From: an uncultured delta proteobacterium
Lineage (GTDB): Bacteria; Desulfobacterota; Binatia; UBA9968
Direction: 5' to 3'
Assembly (NCBI GenBank): GCA_963760795.1
Contig: CAVXEP010000031.1
Span: forward strand, 46,493-110,492
Length of the DNA: 64,000 nucleotides
Position numbers and translations under genes: made by a program. Of this stretch, positions 59,353 through 64,000 are shown one piece after another (the first letter of the stretch is position 1; the number at the start of each line of letters is the position of its first letter). The notes beneath the pieces were generated by a model. The model ran no database searches, was not told the DNA's origin, and saw nothing but the letters and a program-made list of their open reading frames with translations.

Positions 59353-59658
59353 TTGGACGGAATGAAAAAGCATCGGGTAACTGAAAGCGATTATTTTTTC
59401 ATCAACAAAGAGGGCGCGCCGATCGATCCGGATCAGTGGCGCAAAGACTACTGGTATAAGGCGCTGCGAGCGCTGGGTATCCGGGAGCGTAAGTTTTACA
59501 ACACCAGGCACACGTTCATCAGCTTGGCGCTAACTGCGGGCGAAAATCTGAAGGGCATCGCCGAGCACTGCGGGACGTCGGTGATCATGATCGAAAATAA
59601 TTATGGGCGATACATGCGCGCCGACTGGCGATCGCTTTATGGAGTTCAGCAAGGGTAA
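59353..59658 (+). pseudogene. C-terminal remnant of a tyrosine integrase
   Basis: YNTRHTFIS...IAEHCGTS..MIENNYG; directly beside tRNA-Glu. Confidence 0.85.
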
Positions 59659-59713
59659 AACTGAAATGCCGGGTGAAATTTCAGTTTCAAAGTTTGCAAG
59701 TGTTGGGAATGGT

Positions 59714-59791
59714 TGGCGTCCCCGACGGGATTTGAACCCGTGTTATCGGCGTGAAAGGCCGGTGTCCTGGGCCGAGCTAGACGACGGGGAC
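59714..59791 (-). tRNA. tRNA-Glu (TTC)
   Basis: Reverse complement GTCCCCGTCGTCTAG...CTTTCAC...GGGGACGCCA. Confidence 0.95.
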
Positions 59792-59795
59792 GAAC

Positions 59796-59871
59796 TGGTG
59801 AGCCGTGCTGGATTCGAACCAGCGACCCTCTGCTTAAAAGGCAGATGCTCTACCGCCTGAGCTAACGGCTC
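59796..59871 (-). tRNA. tRNA-Lys (TTT)
   Basis: Reverse complement GAGCCGTTAGCTCAG...CTTTTAA...CGGCTCACCA. Confidence 0.95.
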
Positions 59872-59974
59872 GTCGCTGGCGGAAAAAATCGAACTTCTTT
59901 AATAACGGGATTATCCCACTAAGTCAAACAAACGGTAGCAATTCCGTCGGCTTAAGCCGAGCAATTTACCGCAG

Positions 59975-60808
59975 TCATTTTTGTTTTGGATCGAGCAGGT
60001 CGCGCAATCCGTTGCCCAACGTGTTGAAGCTGAGAATTGTTAGAAAAATCGCCGCGGCGGGGAAGGCGATCATGTGCGGATAGCTGCGCATGGCGCGGTA
60101 GCCGTCTTGCGCTAGCGTGCCCCAGCTGGTGCCCCAACTGCTGTAAGGGTCGTTGATGCCGATGCCGATGAAGCTAAGCGTCGATTCCGCCAGGATCGCT
60201 GACGGGATACTGAACGTCAACGTCACAATAACCGGACCGACAATGTTCGGCATGATATGACGCAGCAAAATTCGCGTTCTGGACGCACCTAACGCGCGCG
60301 CGCTTTCGACGAATAAAAACTCCTTTGTCTGCAAGACCTGGCCGCGGGCGATGCGCGCGAATCGAACCCATGACACCAAACCGAGGGCGACCAAGAGACC
60401 GCCGATGTTCCGGCCGAAAAGCAATGACAGCAAGATAAAAATCAGCAGGTCCGGCAGACCGTAGAAAATATCGACGATGCGCATCATCAAATGATCCCAA
60501 TTGCCGCCTTTGAAGCCGGCGATCAATCCATAGCTGGTGCCGAGCAGGAGCGAGATCAGGGCGGTGCCGAGCCCCACCGCTAATGACACTCTAGCGCCGT
60601 AGAGCACGCGCGTTAGCACGTCGCGGCCGAGACCGTCGGTGCCCATCCAATGGCTGGCGTTCGGAGTTTGGAGCATTTGTTTTTCTTCCAGGCCGCCGAG
60701 AGCATAGGGTGCGATCCACGGCGCCAGACAGGCGGCTACGAACACCAGGCCGACAAAGAGCGCGCTCAAGGCGATGACGAGGTCAAATGGCTTGCGTGGA
60801 GAATCCAT
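59975..60808 (-). CDS. oppC: Oligopeptide ABC permease (OppC-like)
   Basis: GTDGLGRD, FVESARALGAS, LGNGLRDLLDP. Confidence 0.88.
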   Translation of the reverse strand: MDSPRKPFDLVIALSALFVGLVFVAACLAPWIAPYALGGLEEKQMLQTPNASHWMGTDGLGRDVLTRVLYGARVSLAVGLGTALISLLLGTSYGLIAGFKGGNWDHLMMRIVDIFYGLPDLLIFILLSLLFGRNIGGLLVALGLVSWVRFARIARGQVLQTKEFLFVESARALGASRTRILLRHIMPNIVGPVIVTLTFSIPSAILAESTLSFIGIGINDPYSSWGTSWGTLAQDGYRAMRSYPHMIAFPAAAIFLTILSFNTLGNGLRDLLDPKQK

Positions 60809-60813
60809 GAACG

Positions 60814-61731
60814 CTATTCGACCCGGATGCGCGGATCGACGAAGCTGTAGAGCAGATCGACGATCAGGTTGGCGCATACCAGCAGCGCCGTGTAGACCAG
60901 CGTGACGCCCATGATGAGCGGATAATCGCGATCGGTAACCGCGGTGATAAAGAAACGGCCCATGCCGGGGATGGCGAAGACGAACTCGACGACGAAGGAA
61001 CCGGTCAGTAGCGCTGCTGCAAGCGGTCCCATGACCGTCAATACCGGGATCAGCGAATGGAGCAGAGCATGCTTGGCGATCACCATGGACTCTTTTAAAC
61101 CCTTAGCCCGCGCGGTTCGGACAAAATCTTCGCTCATGGTTTCGATCAGTGTCGAACGCAACAGCGATGCGAGAAACGCCGTGGGCGCGGCGCCCAGCGT
61201 TATCATCGGCAAGATCACGCTCGACCAGTCGTCCCAGCGGCCGATTTGTAACCAACCCAGTTGCAGCGCCACCGCCCAGATCAGCAGCGCTCCCAAGACG
61301 AAATTGGGCAGCGAGATGCCCAGCGCGGCGATGGACATACAGATGCGATCGATGAACGAATTGCGAAAATAAGCGGCGCAGAGCCCGACCGGAAAGGCGA
61401 CCAGGACAGCGAACAACATCGCCAAGCCGCCGAGAACAACGGACGTTGGCAACGTCTCCGCGATGATCTCGGTGACGCCGCGATCGAGGTATTTGTACGA
61501 TGGGCCCAAGTCACCTTGAACGACGCCGCCCAGGTAGCGCAGGTACTGTTGCCACAGCGGCTCGTCGAGATGGTACTTGGCTTCGAGATTGGCGATCACT
61601 TCCGGCGGCAGTTTTCTTTCGCTGTCGAAGGGGCCGCCGGGAGCGATGCGCAGCAGTAGAAACGTCAAGGTCGCGACGACCCAGAGGACCAGCAGGCCAT
61701 GCAGACATCGTTTCAGCAACAAGCGTAGCAT
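60814..61731 (-). CDS. oppB: Oligopeptide ABC permease (OppB-like)
   Basis: APGGPFD, GDLGPSY, FVRTARAKGL, DPRIR. Confidence 0.9.
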   Translation of the reverse strand: MLRLLLKRCLHGLLVLWVVATLTFLLLRIAPGGPFDSERKLPPEVIANLEAKYHLDEPLWQQYLRYLGGVVQGDLGPSYKYLDRGVTEIIAETLPTSVVLGGLAMLFAVLVAFPVGLCAAYFRNSFIDRICMSIAALGISLPNFVLGALLIWAVALQLGWLQIGRWDDWSSVILPMITLGAAPTAFLASLLRSTLIETMSEDFVRTARAKGLKESMVIAKHALLHSLIPVLTVMGPLAAALLTGSFVVEFVFAIPGMGRFFITAVTDRDYPLIMGVTLVYTALLVCANLIVDLLYSFVDPRIRVE

Positions 61732-61751
61732 GGTGCTAGAGAGTAAAACTT

Positions 61752-61933
61752 ATCTCACCACGAAGTTCGCGAAGGTTTCGCTTAATCATTATTTCGAACT
61801 TCGTGATCTTCGTACTATTATCCCTGGTAATTTGCGTGGCTCGCACAAATTGTCCGAGCGCCAAATCCAAGAGGGCGGGTTTCAAACCCGCCCTTACCAA
61901 TCCCGATTTGCGCCCTTGCGTTCTTTGCGGCCA
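61752..61933. repeat. Cluster of intergenic palindromes including REP-like AGGGCGGGTTTCAAACCCGCCCT
   Basis: CACGAAGTTCG/CGAACTTCGTG; GGGCGGGTTT/AAACCCGCCC; CTTTGCGGC arm. Confidence 0.7.
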
Positions 61934-62046
61934 TTCTTCAATTCGGTCGCGGCTTTGCCGCGCTAGGTCGTGGTGAATACCGTCCTCGATTCGCAGGTTG
62001 CGGCATTGGCGAACTACAGCCTTCGCGGTGGATTCGAATTCCTTCA

Positions 62047-63414
62047 TTACCCCGCGATAGTCGCAGAGTACTCTTCGAGCTTCTTTTCCAGCCAACGGGT
62101 GTTGACCTTGCCGCTGCGGTAGTCGTCGTCGGCGATGACGACTTTCAAAAACGGGATCAAGGTATCGATGCCTTCGACGTGAAAATGCTCTAGCGCCCGG
62201 TTAGTCGCATCGGCCGATTCCTGCCGGTTCTTTCCGTGGACGATCAGTTTCGCCAAGAGTGAATCATAATAGGGCGGCACGAAGTAGCCGGAGTAACAGT
62301 GAGTGTCGAGTCGAATCCCTGGTCCGGTCGGTCCCTGCCAATTGGAGATCAGGCCGGGGCAGGGGCGGAAGCCATGCTGCGGCGACTCGGCCGTGATACG
62401 GCATTCGATGGCGTGGCCGTTGAAAGTGATATCCGACTGCTGATAGGGCAACGGCTCGCCGCTGGCGATGCGCAGCTGCTGGGCGACCAGGTCGACGCCG
62501 GTGATCATTTCGGTGACCGGGTGCTCGACCTGGATGCGCGTGTTCATTTCGAGAAAATAATAGGCGCTGGTGTCGTTGTCGTAGATGAACTCGATGGTGC
62601 CCGCGCTCTGGTAGCCGATGCTGCGCGCCAAGGTCGCCGCGGCTGTGCAGATTTGCGCCCTCACTTCCGCCGGCACGGCGTAGGCGGGCGCTTCTTCGAC
62701 GATCTTCTGATGCCGCCGTTGCAGCGAGCAGTCGCGCTCGCCTAAATGGATCACATTGCCATGCTGGTCGCCGAGGATTTGCACTTCGATATGGCGCGCG
62801 TTGCCGACGTAGCGTTCCATGTAAAGCGTGTCGTTGCCGAAGGCCGCCCGCGCCTCGGCGGCCGCTGTGCGAAAGGTATCTTCGATCTCCTGCTCGTTCC
62901 AGACTAATTTGATACCGCGCCCACCGCCGCCGGCGGAGGCTTTGAGCAGCAGGGGATAGCCTATGTCTTTAGCTAGCTGGGCGGCTTCGTGCGGATTGCG
63001 CGCATGATCCGACCCCGGCACCAGCGGCACGCCGGCTTTGCGGGCGACTTTACGGGCTTCGAGCTTGTCGCCCATCATCGTGATGTTCTCAGCGCTGGGA
63101 CCGACAAAAATAATCTGGTTGTCGACGCAGGCTTGTGCCAACGCGGCGCGCTCGGAAAGAAATCCGTAGCCGGGGTGGAGCGCGTCGCAGCCGGTGCCCT
63201 GGGCGGCGGCGATAACGTTCTCGACTTTGAGGTAGCTATCAATAGATTTCGCTGGACCGATGCAAACAGCGCGATTGGCCATCTTAGCCGCCATGCTTTC
63301 GCGATCGGCATCCGACACCGCGGCGACGGTTTCAATACCGAGACTTTGACAGGCGCGAATCACGCGCACGGCGATCTCGCCGCGGTTGGCGACCAATACT
63401 CGGGAAACGCTCAT
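62047..63414 (-). CDS. accC: Biotin carboxylase
   Basis: ANRGEIA, HPGYGFLSE, GGGGRG, RDCSLQRRHQK, EMNTRIQVEHP. Confidence 0.95.
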   Translation of the reverse strand: MSVSRVLVANRGEIAVRVIRACQSLGIETVAAVSDADRESMAAKMANRAVCIGPAKSIDSYLKVENVIAAAQGTGCDALHPGYGFLSERAALAQACVDNQIIFVGPSAENITMMGDKLEARKVARKAGVPLVPGSDHARNPHEAAQLAKDIGYPLLLKASAGGGGRGIKLVWNEQEIEDTFRTAAAEARAAFGNDTLYMERYVGNARHIEVQILGDQHGNVIHLGERDCSLQRRHQKIVEEAPAYAVPAEVRAQICTAAATLARSIGYQSAGTIEFIYDNDTSAYYFLEMNTRIQVEHPVTEMITGVDLVAQQLRIASGEPLPYQQSDITFNGHAIECRITAESPQHGFRPCPGLISNWQGPTGPGIRLDTHCYSGYFVPPYYDSLLAKLIVHGKNRQESADATNRALEHFHVEGIDTLIPFLKVVIADDDYRSGKVNTRWLEKKLEEYSATIAG

Positions 63415-63433
63415 GGAAACTCCTGAAGCAAGA

Positions 63434-63480
63434 AAAAGGGGACAGGCCGCTTTTCGCTAGGCGAAGAGTAGTCTGTCCCC
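63434..63480. repeat. Intra-operon inverted repeat GGGGACAG...CTGTCCCC
   Basis: AAAAGGGGACAGGC...GTCTGTCCCC. Confidence 0.6.
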
Positions 63481-63495
63481 GAACGAAGCTAACAG

Positions 63496-63986
63496 TTACG
63501 GTTTGACGATGATCAAGGGCTGGCCGAACTCGACGAAGCCACCGTTGGGCGCGATCACTTCGACGACGGTGCCCTTCACTCCCGCGCGCACGCTGTTGAA
63601 GACCTTCATCACTTCGATCAGACCACAGGTGGTGCTCTCCGTTACTTGCTGGCCGACGGTCACAAATGGCGGCGCGCCGGGTTCTGGCGCCACATAGAAA
63701 GTTCCCAGGATCGGTGCCGTGACGGCGACGTGGCCGGCGGGAATCGCGCGGCTTTCGGCGCGGTTGCCGAAGCGGCGGGAGCTGCCGCGGGTTTGAGCGC
63801 AAACGCCGGAGCCGCTGCGGCTGGAGCTGCGCTGATCGCTACCGGCTGCGCGGAGTTGCCCAGGGGGATCGGATCGCCTTTACTAACGGTGATTTTCAAT
63901 TCGCCGACTTCAAGCTGAAAATAGTCGAACTTCGACTCGTCGATTAGCTTCAAGATATGCAAGACATCATCTTCGCTGAGTTCCAT
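63496..63986 (-). CDS. accB: Biotin carboxyl carrier protein (frameshifts near 63690-63740)
   Basis: Ala/Pro-rich linker; EVMK biotinylation motif; VEFGQPL. Confidence 0.88.
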
Positions 63987-64000
63987 GACTTCTACCTTTC

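Larger units (their letters stand above)
43646..59713. mobile_element. Composite, decayed genomic-island region between convergent tRNA-Gly and tRNA-Glu
   Basis: Integrase remnants at both ends and internally, two tRNA 3' fragments, terminase and SRAP remnants, many gene fragments. Confidence 0.85.

Noticed and set aside
59319-59360. Integron attC-like sequence (CCGTAAC...AAGCTCACCTGC...GTTGGAC)
   Set aside because: Too short, lacks a complementary L' arm, has no second copy, and there is no IntI
7-63918. Many long antisense or alternate-frame ORFs (e.g. 7..912, 2769..3929, 29347..30213, 37960..38808)
   Set aside because: They shadow well-supported genes in GC-rich DNA and carry no recognisable motifs

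Overview
A GC-rich bacterial chromosomal segment. The gene repertoire (many ABC solute-binding proteins, amidohydrolase, UbiD, several xanthine-dehydrogenase-family Mo-enzymes, short-period intergenic palindromes) resembles Candidatus Binatia/Desulfobacterota-like soil bacteria; this attribution is inference only. At least 10 genes carry single-base frameshifts, most likely long-read assembly errors. Bases 1-43.5 kb and 59.9-64 kb are mostly metabolic or housekeeping: ABC transporters, thiI, two Mo-hydroxylase operons, cysS, pgsA, oppBC-like genes, accBC, and tRNA-Arg/Gly/Glu/Lys. Two parts stand out. (1) At 16.5-22.3 kb is a putative selenium/redox locus. It has a BCP peroxiredoxin missed by the ORF track, whose catalytic Cys codon is an in-frame TGA followed by a SECIS-like hairpin. 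Next come a CysL-type LysR regulator, an Egt1/OvoA-like non-heme-iron sulfoxide synthase, a Cys paralogue of the same peroxiredoxin and a Tat-exported transglutaminase-like protein, with LysR-type boxes in the promoters. (2) A ~16 kb accessory region lies between convergent tRNA-Gly and tRNA-Glu genes. It holds integrase and terminase remnants, two tRNA-derived att scars, two variant orphan Flp pilins, an M12 protease with a stand-alone prodomain lipoprotein, and an exported NADAR plus nucleoside-phosphorylase-fold lipoprotein pair. Several of these cargo units are bracketed by a recurring ATTGAACTG-armed 28-bp site and a second related site in the same order. This suggests an undescribed recombinase-site-bounded cassette system.
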